Assembly: GCF_006345805.1 (NCBI RefSeq)
Contig: NC_043012.1
Coordinates: 15,004,001-15,068,000, forward strand
DNA length: 64,000 nucleotides
Direction of reading: 5' to 3'
Source: Octopus sinensis
Taxonomy: Eukaryota
Position 1 is the first letter of the stretch. Every line of letters begins with the position of its first letter. Under the pieces are notes generated by a model. It saw nothing but the letters and a program-made list of their open reading frames with translations. It was not told where the DNA came from and searched no databases. A program made the position numbers and the translations under genes. This document shows, one piece after another, positions 62,860 to 64,000 of this stretch.

Positions 62860-63175
62860 GACGGTCTGGCCCTGCTGGATGAATTCTTAATGCTCCAGAG
62901 CATGGGCTGCGGGGTCACTCCGAAAAGCTCTATCTACAACGATTTCATCTCAATCAAAGGAGAAGGGCTTTCTCTGTCCGGGTTGCGGATCCATGGAATA
63001 AGCTGCTGGACAAGATAGTGAAGATGCCGACGACCGCTCGGTTCAAAGTCTCTCTTGACCAGATATGGCCTGAACTCTTTGCATGAACACTCTCCATGTA
63101 CAATAACTCCCTGTCCCCCTACATGGCCTTGCTTTTGCTTTTTGAGCCAATAAAAATTGAATTGAATTGAATTGC
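62860..63175 (+). mobile_element. CR1/L2-type LINE 3' end with (ATTGA)n tail
   Basis: LRGHSEKLYLQRFHLNQRRRAFSVRVADPWNKL...FKVSLDQIW, stop at 63084-63086. Confidence 0.85.
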
Positions 63176-63400
63176 ATAATACCACGGATGTCGAAAAAAA
63201 ACGATGAGTATTCTCTTGACTGAGCTGTCACTTGTGAAGTGCCTGTGCCACTTAAGATATTATTGCAAACAACCGATTTGCCTCGTCACCGTAAGCTTGC
63301 CGAAGCATGTTCGATGTCTCTGTAGCAGACTTCACATGTTTAACACAAAATCTCATGTTGGCTCTTTGTTCCAGCTTCTTATCCATGACAAAATTACAGA
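63176..63400 (-). mobile_element. Internally deleted mariner transposase remnant
   Basis: MDKKLEQRANMRFCVKHVKSATETSNMLRQAYGDEA joined to ILIVFFDIRGI. Confidence 0.82.
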
Positions 63401-63682
63401 CCACAGCATATCTGATGCGATCACAAAAACACAAATTTCGCAACTTGCAAAGTAAACGCAGCAATATGTCACTTGGCACACTAATTCATGAAGGTCATTG
63501 ATAGCTCTTACTGATATGTAGTGAAAGATTGGATAATAAAATATGTCTGTATTGTCATACTGCTGTCCATCCACTTCAAATTAGAATGTGCAGGAAATGA
63601 AGGTATGGCATGTATGGAACGACAGATTACATATTGTGGTTTGGCTGATTTATATACATGTATGTGCGTGTGTATATATATA

Positions 63683-64000
63683 TACTCTTTACTCTTTTAC
63701 TCTTTTACTTGTTTCAGTCATTTGACTGCGGCCATGCTGGAGCACCGCCTTTAGTCGAGCATATCAACCCCGGGACTTATTCTTTGTAAGCCCAGTACTT
63801 ATTCTATCGGTCTCTTTTGCCGAACCGCTAAGCGACGAGGACGTAAACACGCCAGCATCGGTTGTCAAGCAATGCTAGGGGGACAGACACACAAACACAC
63901 ACACATACAAATACACATATATATATATACATATATACGACAGGCTTCTTTCAGTTTCCGTCTACCAAATCCACTCACAAGGCATTGGTCGGACCGGGGC
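63683..64000 (-). mobile_element. CORE-like SINE, CpG-rich copy truncated by the window end
   Basis: (tactcttt)n tail and body as at 16326. Confidence 0.88.

Overview
AT-rich, microsatellite- and transposon-dense animal genomic DNA. The SINE/RTE/Penelope repeat landscape resembles what I recall from octopod cephalopods (inference). Recognisable host genes: (1) the last four coding exons of an OSBPL10/11-type oxysterol-binding protein (+, 230-4634) with an unusually long basic C-terminal tail; (2) an intronless-CDS SMYD4-class lysine methyltransferase (-, 10343-12322); (3) GET1/WRB (+, firm exons 37655-42432 with human-like exon sizes, candidate first coding exon 33223-33273); (4) an unidentified spliced gene on the minus strand (three phase-compatible exons 48213-45309) that the ORF track does not show. 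The rest is tRNA-derived SINEs (some as head-to-tail multimers), RTE and CR1 LINE remnants, a decayed DD34E Tc1 element, a mariner fragment, hAT-, piggyBac- and Merlin/MULE-type MITEs, two Helitron-like elements, two solo-LTR-like elements and Penelope-like remnants. The most notable non-obvious signal is a set of five minimal hammerhead-ribozyme-like motifs (15157, 27686, 27890, 60762, 62031). All calls were made by eye; no searches were run, and repeat boundaries are approximate unless TSD/TIR coordinates are given.
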